64,000 nucleotides of DNA from Thermoanaerobaculia bacterium (GCA_031403995.1 JANNGS010000042.1:4173-68172); one strand, 5' to 3'; shown: positions 17,965 to 26,973, numbered from the stretch's first letter. Notes: generated by a model not told the origin, from the sequence alone. Numbers and translations: made by a program.

Positions 17965-20565
17965 TTACGAGGCGCGCAGCGCCTCTATCGGCCGCTGCGC
18001 GAGCGGGCGGGCGCTGGCGGCGAGGCCGGCCGCGGCGGCGAAGACGGCCGCCAGGAGGATCGCCACGAGCGGCGGCACGACCTCGAGCTGGAACGGAATC
18101 TCCATCCCCTTCTCGAGCACGACAGCGGCGAGCGCCGTGCCGGCGACCGCGCCGATGGTGCCGGCAAGCAGCCCGACGATCGCCGACTCGGTGGCGAAGA
18201 GGCTAGCGACTTGCAGTCTCGTCATGCCGAGCGCCTTGCCGAGGGCGGCCTCGCGGCCGCGCTGCGCGGCTCCCGCCGCGACGGCTCCAGCCAGGATCGC
18301 GAGACCCGCGAGAACCGTGAATCCGCCGAGGAAGCGGACCCCGAGGGCGATCCGTTCGAGGACTGCGCTCACCTTTTCGAGCACCTCGCGGATGGCGAAG
18401 ACGGTGACGTTGGGGGTGGTCGCGGCGAGCGCGTCCTGGAGCTGCTGCTCGCCGCCGGCAGGCAGCCGGACCGAGGCAATACGCATCTGCGGTGCCCGAT
18501 CGAGCACGCCGGGTTCGACGACCCAGAAGAAGTTGATGTTGAAGCTCTCCCACCGCACCTTGCGCAGGCTCGTCACGGTGAGCGCTACGGGCACACCCTG
18601 AACATCGAAGACGATCTGCGTGCCGATCGCGAGGCCCAGATCGCGCGCGTACTCCTCCTCGACGCTCACTTCGGCGACCTCCGGCGTGCCCCAGAGCTTG
18701 CCTTCGAGCAGGGTGTTGTCCGCCGGCAACCGCTCGAGGGAGGTGAGGCGCTGCTCGCGGGTGAGCGCCCAGCGTCCCCGCTGGCCGCGTTCTTCGTCGG
18801 CGTCGTCGGCCTCGCGGGCCGCGGCGTCGCGCTCTTTCTCGCGGGCGCCGGCGAGCGCCGCGACCGCGGTTCCGTCGATCGCGGAGAGGCGCGCCATGAC
18901 GACCGGGACCGAGTCGACCGAGGTCGCGCCGGCGCGCTCGATCTCGGCGCGCACCCCCGCCCACTGATCGGGCTGGATGTCGATGAGAAAGGCGGTCGGC
19001 GCGTTGGCGGGCAGGTCCGAGCGCAGGCGCGTGGTGAGGCCGTGTTCGACCGTGCGCATGCCGACCACCACCATCGCGCCGAGTCCCAGCGCGACGACAC
19101 TGGCGACGGTCGGCGCCCCCGGCCGGCCGAGCGCGGCGAGGCCGTAGCGCAGCGCCAGCGGCAGCCGGAGGCGCGGCAGCCGACGCACGCCGAGGATGAG
19201 TCCGCGGGCGCCCAGCGCGAGCGCCGCAGCGGTGACGGCGAGGCCGCCGGCGAAGGCGGCTCCGAGCGCGAGCGACCGGGCTTGCACCCCGGCGACGAGC
19301 GTCAGGCCGGCGAGCAGGGCGACCGCGGTGGCGGCGATGGCCAGCCGCGAAGGCGGTAGCGGCTCGATCTCCCGGCGCAGGACGCGCGCCGCGGGCACCG
19401 CGAGCGCGGCGAGAAGCGGCGGCAACGCGAAGAGCAGCGAGATGCCGAGACCCAGCCCGAGACCGCGCAGGACCGCCAGCGGTTGCAGCTCGATCTGCGG
19501 CAGAACCGGCAGGAGGTCGCCGGCGAGCGTCGGGACGAGACGCTCGAGGGCCAGACCGAGCGCGGCGCCGGCAAGGCTCCCGGCGGCCGCCAGCAGGATC
19601 GTCTGGCCGAGATAGATCGCCAGGATCTCCCGCGGTCGAGCTCCGAGCGCTTTCCACACGGCGATCGAGTCGAGGCGGCTGGCGAGCCAGGCGCGCACCG
19701 TCTGGGCCACGCCGACGCCGCCGACGACGAGGGAGAGGAGGGCGACGAGACCGAGGAAGCGTTCGGTCCGGTCGACGCCCCGCCGCATCTCGGGCTGCCC
19801 CTCGGCGGCGGTCTCGATGCGGTAGAAGGCAGGGTCGCCGAGCGCGCTGCGCAACCGGGAGGCGAACGCCGCGGTTGCCGGGGTCGCCGCGGTCGGCGTG
19901 GCCGCGGGCAGTTTTACCAGCAGCCGATGGGTGACCCGGCTGCCCAGAGCGATGAGGCCGGTCGCGCGCAGACTCTCACCGGAGAGGAAAAGACGCGGAC
20001 CGAGGGTGAAGGCGTTGCCGAGCCGGTCGGGCTCCGCGAGGACCGTGCCGCGCAGCGTGAAGAGCTTGCCGCCGATGGCGATCGGGTCGCCGATGCGCAG
20101 CCCGAGCCGCGCCAGGAGCTCCGGCGCGACGACGACGCCGCCGTCGGCGAGGAGCGCGGCAAGCGGGCGCTGCGGGGAGAGGGAGAGCGTGCCGTAGAAC
20201 GGGAACTCGCCGTCGACCGCCTTGAGCTCGACGAGCTGGCTGCGACCGGCGCCGGCGCTCGTCCGGGGAGCCGCGGCGACGGTCACCATCTCGGTCAGCC
20301 GGGTCGAGCGCACTCCCGCCGACGCCTCGGCCGCGAGGAGCTCGTCCACCGCGGCAGGGACCGGCTTCTGTCCGCGCACGCGCAGGTCGGCGGCGAGCAG
20401 TTGCCGCGCCTCGCGCGCCAGCGTCGCGCGGAGACTGGCGGAAAAGCCGGCAACCGCGACCACCGCCCCGACGCCGATCGCCAGGCAGAGAATGAAGAAG
20501 ATCACCCGGCCGCGCGCACCTCGCGCCTCGCGGGCGATCTGGCGGAGGAGGGTTCTAGCCCGCAT
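17965..20565 (-). CDS. ABC transporter permease with duplicated FtsX domains (YbbP/MacB-like)
   Basis: 866 aa. Two FtsX-like 4-TM modules and large periplasmic loops. Confidence 0.85.
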   Translation of the reverse strand: MRARTLLRQIAREARGARGRVIFFILCLAIGVGAVVAVAGFSASLRATLAREARQLLAADLRVRGQKPVPAAVDELLAAEASAGVRSTRLTEMVTVAAAPRTSAGAGRSQLVELKAVDGEFPFYGTLSLSPQRPLAALLADGGVVVAPELLARLGLRIGDPIAIGGKLFTLRGTVLAEPDRLGNAFTLGPRLFLSGESLRATGLIALGSRVTHRLLVKLPAATPTAATPATAAFASRLRSALGDPAFYRIETAAEGQPEMRRGVDRTERFLGLVALLSLVVGGVGVAQTVRAWLASRLDSIAVWKALGARPREILAIYLGQTILLAAAGSLAGAALGLALERLVPTLAGDLLPVLPQIELQPLAVLRGLGLGLGISLLFALPPLLAALAVPAARVLRREIEPLPPSRLAIAATAVALLAGLTLVAGVQARSLALGAAFAGGLAVTAAALALGARGLILGVRRLPRLRLPLALRYGLAALGRPGAPTVASVVALGLGAMVVVGMRTVEHGLTTRLRSDLPANAPTAFLIDIQPDQWAGVRAEIERAGATSVDSVPVVMARLSAIDGTAVAALAGAREKERDAAAREADDADEERGQRGRWALTREQRLTSLERLPADNTLLEGKLWGTPEVAEVSVEEEYARDLGLAIGTQIVFDVQGVPVALTVTSLRKVRWESFNINFFWVVEPGVLDRAPQMRIASVRLPAGGEQQLQDALAATTPNVTVFAIREVLEKVSAVLERIALGVRFLGGFTVLAGLAILAGAVAAGAAQRGREAALGKALGMTRLQVASLFATESAIVGLLAGTIGAVAGTALAAVVLEKGMEIPFQLEVVPPLVAILLAAVFAAAAGLAASARPLAQRPIEALRAS

Positions 20566-20580
20566 CGTTCACCTGTGCCC

Positions 20581-21270
20581 TCACCGTGATTCCACGCGCT
20601 CCACCCGGCCGTCGCGGAGGAAGATCCGCCGGTCGGCGCGTGAGGCGATCTCCGGATCGTGCGTCACCAGGACGAGGGTGGCGTGGACATCGGCGCGCAG
20701 CTCGTCGAGGACGTCGAGGATCCGCGCTCCGGTGGCGCCGTCGAGATTGCCGGTGGGCTCATCGGCGAAAAGGATCTGCGGCCGGGGGGCGAAGGCGCGC
20801 GCGAGGGCGACGCGCTGCTGCTCACCGCCGGAGAGCTGGGCGGGATAGTGATGGCCGCGCTCGCCGAGCCCGACGCGGTCGAGGAGCGTTCGCGCGCGCT
20901 CGAGCGGCCGCTCGCTCCCGGCGAGCTCGAGCGGCAGCAGGACGTTTTCGAGCGCCGTCATGTTGGAAAGCAGCTGGAAGGATTGGAAGACGAAGCCGAT
21001 CTTGCGCCGTCGCAACCGCGCGAGGGCATCTTCGGAAAGGTCCTGGATCGCCAGGCCGTCGATCCTCACCTCGCCGCTCGTCGGCCGGTCGAGACCGGCG
21101 GCGAGTCCGAGGAGAGTCGACTTCCCGCTGCCGGAGGGGCCCAGCACGGCGACGAACTCGCCGGTTGCGATCGAGAGGTCGACGGCGTCGAGAATGGTCA
21201 GTATGCGGTCGCCCGACGGCAGGCGCTTGGTCAGCTGGCAGAGCTCGATGGCGGGAGCGGTCGTGGTCAT
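20581..21270 (-). CDS. ABC transporter ATP-binding protein (YbbA/LolD-like)
   Basis: Internal ATG (MTTTAPAIELCQL...). Walker A GPSGSGKST, signature LSGGEQQRVALARA, Walker B ILFADEPTGNLD. Confidence 0.85.
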   Translation of the reverse strand: MTTTAPAIELCQLTKRLPSGDRILTILDAVDLSIATGEFVAVLGPSGSGKSTLLGLAAGLDRPTSGEVRIDGLAIQDLSEDALARLRRRKIGFVFQSFQLLSNMTALENVLLPLELAGSERPLERARTLLDRVGLGERGHHYPAQLSGGEQQRVALARAFAPRPQILFADEPTGNLDGATGARILDVLDELRADVHATLVLVTHDPEIASRADRRIFLRDGRVERVESR

Positions 21271-21383
21271 GTCCTGGGAGCGGGGCAGGTTAGCATGGGG
21301 GCATGAAGGCGCACGTCGTTGAATGTACGTCGGTGAAGAGCGAAAAGATCTTTCTGGCAAAGAAGAAAAGGATCAGTAGAGAA

Positions 21384-22148
21384 ATGAAAAAGACCGGTAA
21401 AGGGGGTGTGGGGTCGCGGTGTGCCCATTGGACCCTGCGCCCGTTGCTGGGGTTGGCGTTCATCTCCTTGCTACCTTTTCTGGGTGGTTGTCGGGGCGAG
21501 GTGGCACCGCGTGCGGCGGCGCCTGCGACGGCAAGTGTCGCGGCCGCGCCAGCGGGAGTTGCGTCCGAGGCGGCGCCCGGTGCGCCGCGGGTGGTCTTTC
21601 TCGGCGACAGCCTGACGGCGGGGCTGGGGTTGGGGGAGGAGGAGGCCTATCCGGCGCTGGTCGGCGAGCTCCTCGCCCAGCGCGGCATCGCGGTGAGAGT
21701 GGTCAACGCCGGGGTCTCGGGGGACACCAGCGCCGGTGGCCTCGCCCGCGTCGACTGGGTGCTTTCGCTGCAGCCCGAAGTTCTCGTCGTCGCGCTCGGG
21801 GCGAACGACGGTCTGCGCGGCCAGCCGGTCGAGTCGATCGCCTCGAATCTGCGCGCGATCGTGCGCCGGGCGCGCGCCGCGGGGGCGCGCGTCCTCCTCG
21901 CCGGCATGAAGATGCCGCCCAACTACGGCCCCGAGTACACCCGCGACTTCGAGGCGCTCTATGGACGGCTGGCGCGCGAGCTCGACCTGCCGTTCATCCC
22001 CTTCCTGCTTGAAGGCGTGGCCACGATTCCGCAGCTCAACCAGCCCGACGGCATCCACCCTACCGCCGAAGGTCAGCGCAAGATCGCCGGCCTCGTCGCC
22101 GAAGCCCTCCAGCCCCTGCTGCGTCCCAGTGCGGCCTCCGCGAACTAG
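21384..22148 (+). CDS. SGNH/GDSL arylesterase (TesA-like)
   Basis: GDS motif VVFLGDSLTAG, and GANDG and DGIHP blocks. Signal peptide with lipobox-like GGC. Divergent from ybbA-ybbP as in E. coli tesA-ybbA-ybbP. Confidence 0.75.
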   Translation: MKKTGKGGVGSRCAHWTLRPLLGLAFISLLPFLGGCRGEVAPRAAAPATASVAAAPAGVASEAAPGAPRVVFLGDSLTAGLGLGEEEAYPALVGELLAQRGIAVRVVNAGVSGDTSAGGLARVDWVLSLQPEVLVVALGANDGLRGQPVESIASNLRAIVRRARAAGARVLLAGMKMPPNYGPEYTRDFEALYGRLARELDLPFIPFLLEGVATIPQLNQPDGIHPTAEGQRKIAGLVAEALQPLLRPSAASAN

Positions 22149-22296
22149 AAACTTGGAAGTCCTGGGGGCAATGTGCGGGGGCACAGACGGCCGCGAAGCG
22201 CGAGCTCTTTCGGCCCCCGCTCGGTGTCCCCTGTCGTAGCTTCTGCCCTCGGTTGAGTCCCTGGGCGAGGTGCTGCCAGCCGTTTTTTGTCGGTCG

Positions 22297-22728
22297 CTAG
22301 ATGAACGGATTCCGGGCGCGCACGCCCGGGAATCGCGCAAAGTCGCGGTCGGCCGTGAGCAGCTCGCTGACGCCATGCTCGACGATGAGTGCTGCGATGT
22401 GGGCGTCGTGGGCGAGATTCCCGGATGCGGACCCGCCACGCAGCTGTTCGCCCATCTGGCGCACGTGGCCAGGCCCCTCGCCTAGCAAGGTCAACGAAGG
22501 CGATGCCAACAGCGACTCGAGGTCGCGAAGCACCGCGTCGAGTGGCGAGGGCGGATCGAACACGCGCGGGTGCGTGACCACGCGGACGAACTCGTAAACG
22601 ACCGGCCAAGGCAGCGCCCACGGCGCAGATCCTTCGGCGAGCCCAGCCAAGAGCGCCCTGGCTGCGCCGTGATTTGGGCTCTCGGCTCGGCGCGCGTAGA
22701 TCAGCACGTTGGTGTCGACGGCAATCAT
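22297..22728 (-). CDS. vapC: PIN-domain toxin
   Basis: MIAVDTNVLIYA... PIN acidic residues. 4-bp overlap with the upstream RHH-like antitoxin. Confidence 0.8.
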   Translation of the reverse strand: MIAVDTNVLIYARRAESPNHGAARALLAGLAEGSAPWALPWPVVYEFVRVVTHPRVFDPPSPLDAVLRDLESLLASPSLTLLGEGPGHVRQMGEQLRGGSASGNLAHDAHIAALIVEHGVSELLTADRDFARFPGVRARNPFI

Positions 22729-22961
22729 CGGCGCCCGTCCATGATGTCGAACAGCGCGTCGCGATCAGTCAGGTCAACTCCGGGCTGTAGACGGCCAGAC
22801 TCTGTCTGCCACCGCAGCGTGTAACCAGCCGCGCCCTTCGCTTTTCCCAGGTGCAGCCGCAGCGCGGTTTCGACGACCTCGCGCAGGCTTGTGCCGCGCG
22901 CGGCTGCCTGGCGCTTGGCCGCGCGGAACAGCACGTCGTTGATGTCGATGGTCGTACGCAT
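22725..22961 (-). CDS. vapB: antitoxin of VapBC module
   Basis: 78 aa from the internal ATG (MRTTIDINDVLFRAAKRQAAARGTSLREVVETAL...), a typical VapB N-terminus. Stop overlaps the vapC start. Confidence 0.65.
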   Translation of the reverse strand: MRTTIDINDVLFRAAKRQAAARGTSLREVVETALRLHLGKAKGAAGYTLRWQTESGRLQPGVDLTDRDALFDIMDGRR

Positions 22962-22996
22962 ACACAAAAGAATACCACGATGTGCATATTTGTGTA
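22961..22996. promoter_or_regulatory. inverted repeat TACACAAA-N20-TTTGTGTA abutting the vapB start (candidate VapB operator)
   Basis: Read directly. AT-rich 36-bp segment with perfect 8-bp arms immediately 5' of the vapB ATG. Confidence 0.4.
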
Positions 22997-23151
22997 TCGA
23001 CGAGTCTTGATGCCGCGCCGACTCCGTTTCGTGCCGGCCAGCGGGGCGCTGTGAAGCTCCACCCAAGGAACTGATCCTGACCTGCGTCGTCGATCTCGTC
23101 GTCACCTACCCACAGCCGGGGCGCCGCAGACGGGCTGTACGGGCAGCCGCC

Positions 23152-23470
23152 CTACGGGCAGCCGCCGCCCACCGCCGCGCTCCAGGCGCAGGCATCGCCG
23201 ACCTCGAAGCCATCGGCGAGGATCGAGGCCACCAATCGCTGCCCGAACACGCCGTAGCTCGGGCCGTCCTGGAGGTTGCTCTCCCAGACGACGACGAAGT
23301 TGCCCGAGTCGTCCGCTGCCACTGCGGGCGCAGCCTGGTTACTCGTCGTGTAGCTGTTGACTTGGAACTCCGGCCCCAGGAACTGAGCCGTCGCGGGGGG
23401 GCAGCCCGGGCCCGAGGAGCAACAACGAGGCCGCGAGACAAAGCCGATGCGCAATGCGGCGAGTCTTCAT
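23152..23470 (-). pseudogene. 5' remnant of a secreted repeat-protein gene (signal peptide plus first EFQVNSYTT...VVVWES...GVFGQR module), frameshifted and truncated
   Basis: The signal peptide MKTRRIAHRLCLAASLLLLGPG is in one frame (ORF 23339..23536). The conserved N-terminal module QFLGPEFQVNSYTTSNQAAPAVAADDSGNFVVVWESNLQDGPSYGVFGQRL is in another (ORF 23152..23454). The junction coincides with a G7 run at 23395-23401. The ORF ends about 50 nt before vapB. Confidence 0.45.
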
Positions 23471-23722
23471 GGCTGACCCTCCAAGCTCGCCCAAGAATTC
23501 AGGGCAGTATTCGCCTGCAGGGCAAGACAACGGCACACCTGTCTGGGTAGCTCGGACTGGCGCTGGCTACGCTCGACGCATCCTGCGCACGGCTGGCCCA
23601 GCTGTGCGTCCTCATCACGTGCCCTGGGGACACAATCCGGGGGCGAGGAGCTTCGCGCACCGCGCACCAGGGTGCCCACGGTTGTGTCCCCGCCGGAAGG
23701 GTTCGCCCCCGCGTTGCGTCTG

Positions 23723-24024
23723 TCAGAGGCTCGGGCCCGCTCGACGACTTGAGTGCCACACTGACAAGACAACGAGCTCGTCGCCCTTCATTCGGTAGTC
23801 GATGAAGTACCGGATGCGACCGACGTGGAGCCCTACGTACGCTGGCGAGTCGCGTGTTGGCCACCTTGACGCCGACGCCTGGCTGACGCAGCAGCAGAGC
23901 AAAACGCAGCCTTGAGGTCTTCCCGCACTGCGAGGGGCGCGGAGGTCCTGTTCTCAACCCACCAGTCTTCCGCGCGCTCAGCTTCAGCCGCGGCGCGGTT
24001 CGTGACTCGGAGAAGCAATTCCAC
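23723..24024 (-). pseudogene. ParE/RelE-family toxin, frameshifted
   Basis: GTG at 24024 gives MELLLRVTNRAAAEAERAEDWWVENRTSAPLAVREDLKAAF (ParE N-terminal pattern) and then stops. In another frame, 23890->23723 reads ...RDSPAYVGLHVGRIRYFIDYRMKGDELVVLSVWHSSRRAGPSL* (ParE C-terminal pattern). Codon phases differ (24024 mod 3 = 0 vs 23725 mod 3 = 1). Confidence 0.45.
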
Positions 24025-24026
24025 GT

Positions 24027-24305
24027 TCAGCGAGCACGATCAAGGCGCGCGAAGAGTTCCTCAGCGGAGATTGTCTGGCCGCGATCGGCTTCAGCAACGG
24101 CTTCGAGGAGTTGTGCCTCATCTTCTGGAGACAGGTGAACCTCCTGCTCGGACTCCTGAGTGAGGACGGTGACGTTCTCGCCTTCACGGAGATCGAGGCC
24201 TTCGACGACAACCTTGCCGCCGACTACGGTTCCAGTGGCCACTTGCATACCTGAATCGTACTCCGTTCCGGGGGCGTTCGGTGTCGCGACGCCCAACGAC
24301 ATCAT
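24027..24305 (-). CDS. putative antitoxin of the ParE-type module (addiction-module antidote-like C-terminus)
   Basis: 92-aa ORF ending 2 nt before the ParE-like GTG. C-terminal ...EVHLSPEDEAQLLEAVAEADRGQTISAEELFARLDRAR resembles addiction-module antidote components. N-terminal beta-rich segment GKVVVEGLDLREGENVTVL. The true start may be the internal M (24248). Confidence 0.4.
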   Translation of the reverse strand: MMSLGVATPNAPGTEYDSGMQVATGTVVGGKVVVEGLDLREGENVTVLTQESEQEVHLSPEDEAQLLEAVAEADRGQTISAEELFARLDRAR

Positions 24306-24375
24306 GGCCGAACGTCCAAGGCTGTCGAGCTTTCAAGGAAACATGCAGCAGAAGGGCGAAATGACTCGCCCGCAG

Positions 24376-25527
24376 TCAGTCTTCGAGCGCCTCGAGGAGC
24401 CGGCGGCAGACGGCGGCGGGCGCGAGGCGCGCGCGCCAGTGGGCGGCGATCGCTCCGGCGTTGCGGCGCCCCGCGTCCCAGGCCGCGAGCTCGTCGCCGA
24501 GGGCCTGAGCCAGCGCGTTCGGTGAACGGCTGCCGGCGAGCGTTCCGAAACTTCCGCTGTCGATCATGCCCATGAGGTTGGGCATCGGCGCCGAGACCAG
24601 CGTCGCGCCGAGGGCCAGGGCCTCGGTCGCGGCGTGCGGGCCGGTCTCCCAGCGCGAAGAAAACAGCGCCACTCGACTCGCCGCCAGAGTCTCTGCGACC
24701 CGATGCGGCTCCTGAATGCCGGCGAGCCGCAGACGGGGCTCGCGGCGGGCGAGCTCGCCGAAGACGCTCTCCGAGTCGGCGCCGAAAACGACCACCTCTG
24801 TGGCACGGCGCCGGACGAAAAACGCCGAGAGCGCCGCCGCCAGGAGCGCGGCGTCCTTCTGCGGGTCGCTCCACCTGCCGATGGCGGCGACGCGGTCCGC
24901 CTTGGGCGCGAGTGGGCGGGTGCAGAACGAGTCCGGCACTGCGAACGGCACCTCGCAGAGGCGCGTCGCAAGCTCGCCGGCGCTCTGCTGGCGCAGGAAT
25001 CGCGTGAAGCAGGCGATCGCCGGAGCGCTGCCGAGCACCACCCGGTCCGAAGCGCGCGTGCTGGCGACGAACTCGAGCTCCTCCGGGTCGCGGCGGGCGG
25101 CGCTGGCGGCGAAACGGCGGCAGAAGTAGCGCAGCGCCCGCAGTCGGCCGGAAAGGCTCTTCTGGTAGGCGCCGATGCGCAGCCAGGAGATGCGCGGGTG
25201 GGCGGCAAAGCCGACCTGGCCATCGGAGTCGGCGATCGCCACCACCCGAGTACCCGCGCCACGAATGGCCGCGAGCATGCCGGACATCCGGTGCCAGGTC
25301 ACGGCGACGGCGACATCGGCGCCGACGCCCTTCCAGGTCTCGACCCGCTCGAGCTCTTCGCGGCGGTCGACAATATGGGTTGGACCGCTGAAGCTTCCGG
25401 CGAGATCCCGCGCGGTTACCAGGACGGCGTCGTGTCCGAGGGCGGTCCAGCCCGCCTGGTAGTTCTCGTGGCGAAAGGAGATGCGATCGAGCGAAATGGA
25501 GCCGTTCCAGACGAGGGCGATCTTCAT
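24376..25527 (-). CDS. glycosyltransferase family 1 (GT4-like)
   Basis: Internal ATG (MKIALVWNG...). C-terminal GT-B pattern (...VALFSSRWETGPHAATEALALGATLVS...). Confidence 0.7.
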   Translation of the reverse strand: MKIALVWNGSISLDRISFRHENYQAGWTALGHDAVLVTARDLAGSFSGPTHIVDRREELERVETWKGVGADVAVAVTWHRMSGMLAAIRGAGTRVVAIADSDGQVGFAAHPRISWLRIGAYQKSLSGRLRALRYFCRRFAASAARRDPEELEFVASTRASDRVVLGSAPAIACFTRFLRQQSAGELATRLCEVPFAVPDSFCTRPLAPKADRVAAIGRWSDPQKDAALLAAALSAFFVRRRATEVVVFGADSESVFGELARREPRLRLAGIQEPHRVAETLAASRVALFSSRWETGPHAATEALALGATLVSAPMPNLMGMIDSGSFGTLAGSRSPNALAQALGDELAAWDAGRRNAGAIAAHWRARLAPAAVCRRLLEALED

Positions 25528-25547
25528 GGGGCTGGAGACCCGCGCCG

Positions 25548-26420
25548 CTAGCCCGGCGCGTTTTCGCCGCGCTTCGCGGCCTGCCACTCAGCCTCCATCT
25601 CGTCGCGCGTCGCGTCGGCCAGGTTCTTGCCGCACCGGGCCAGGCCGGCCTCGATTGCCGCGAAGCGTCGCCGGAATTTCAGGTTGGCGGCAGCGAGCGC
25701 CCCTTCTGGGTCGATCTCGAGATGCCGGGCCAGGTTGGCGACCGTGAACAGCAGGTCGCCCACCTCTTCCGTCTGCCGCTGACGAAGCGCGGTCGCCCTT
25801 GCCGGTCCGGCCACCGCCATCGCCCCAAGCGCCAGCAACTCCTTGAGCTCGGCGATCTCCTCGTCGAGCTTGGCGACGACTTCGCCCGCCTCCCGCCAGT
25901 CGAAGCCGACCCCGGCGGCTTTCTGCGTCAACCGGTAGGCGGCGACCAGGGCGGGGAGTGTGGCCGAAGTCGCGCCGTCGAGAAGCGAGCGCTGCCCGCC
26001 ATCTTGGGCGCGGACTTTGCGCCGCTCCCAGGCTTCTCGTACCGCCTTGGCGTCGGCCAGTGTCTCGCCGCCGAAGACATGCGGATGGCGGGCGATCATC
26101 TTCGCCTCTACCGCGTCGAGGGCGGCGCTCAAGGGGACTCCGCCGGACTCCTCGATGAGGCGAGCGATGAAAACGATCTGAAAAAGCAGATCGCCCATCT
26201 CGCTGGCGAGCTCGGAGCGGTCACCGCTGTCGAGCGCCGCAGCGACCTCATGGGCCTCTTCGAGCAAGTAGGCCCGCAAATCGGGTAAGGTCTGCTCACG
26301 GTCCCAGGGACATCCGTCGGGGGCGCGCAGCCGCGCGACCAGCGCGGTCAATCGGGCGAGGTCGGTCGCGGCGGTCGCGGCGGTTACGGGGGCGGTGGTT
26401 GGAGGAGAGGGTTCGGACAT
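25548..26420 (-). CDS. mazG: nucleoside triphosphate pyrophosphohydrolase
   Basis: Internal ATG (MSEPSPP...). Tandem MazG EExxE motifs (LLEEAHEVAAA; LDEEIAELKEL) and EEVGDLLF. Confidence 0.8.
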   Translation of the reverse strand: MSEPSPPTTAPVTAATAATDLARLTALVARLRAPDGCPWDREQTLPDLRAYLLEEAHEVAAALDSGDRSELASEMGDLLFQIVFIARLIEESGGVPLSAALDAVEAKMIARHPHVFGGETLADAKAVREAWERRKVRAQDGGQRSLLDGATSATLPALVAAYRLTQKAAGVGFDWREAGEVVAKLDEEIAELKELLALGAMAVAGPARATALRQRQTEEVGDLLFTVANLARHLEIDPEGALAAANLKFRRRFAAIEAGLARCGKNLADATRDEMEAEWQAAKRGENAPG

Positions 26421-26514
26421 TCTCGGGACGCCGTCGTGGTCTCCCGGTGCGGGAGTTGCCGGTTGCTGATGCGAAAGCGCGCTTGTTAGCATAGTCGAAA
26501 AGAAATCACGGCCC

Positions 26515-26973
26515 GTGGGCGACATCAAAGTCACAGATCGGCGCATGTTCACTCCGGATGGGAGAGTGCGGGAGGAGTATGCCGCTCTGGAGGACCCTCG
26601 CCCGGCCGACCTCTCTCCGCCCGAGCCGCCCATCGAGCCGCCGCCCGAGCCGGCGATCGAGCTGCCGGTCGAGCCGCCGGTCGAGAGCGCGGCCGGCGCA
26701 CCGCGTCTCGAGCTCCCCGGCAGCCCGGCCGGGCTCGGGCCGGGTTTTCTCGACCTCGTCGAGCTGATCACCGAGCCGGTGGCTTTCTATCTCGGGGACG
26801 AGGCGTTGCCCGATGGTCGGTTGATGGAGAATCTGGACATGGCGCGACTCCACATCGATCTGCTCGACGTGCTGCGTCAACGCACGGCCGGAAATCTCAC
26901 GGCCCAGGAGCAGGCGGTGCTCGAGGATCTGCTCTACCGATTGCGCGTGCGCTATGTCCAGAAGCGCGGCTGA
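26515..26973 (+). CDS. DUF1844 domain protein
   Basis: 152 aa. Pro-rich middle, C-terminal FLDLVELITEPVAFYLGDEA...LHIDLLDVL block typical of DUF1844. Confidence 0.55.
   Translation: MGDIKVTDRRMFTPDGRVREEYAALEDPRPADLSPPEPPIEPPPEPAIELPVEPPVESAAGAPRLELPGSPAGLGPGFLDLVELITEPVAFYLGDEALPDGRLMENLDMARLHIDLLDVLRQRTAGNLTAQEQAVLEDLLYRLRVRYVQKRG

Noticed and set aside
22160-22215. Hairpin (GGGGGC ... GCCCCC) after the tesA-like gene as a terminator
   Set aside because: The stem encloses a ~30-nt loop with only a short inner stem and no U tract. Too weak to call.
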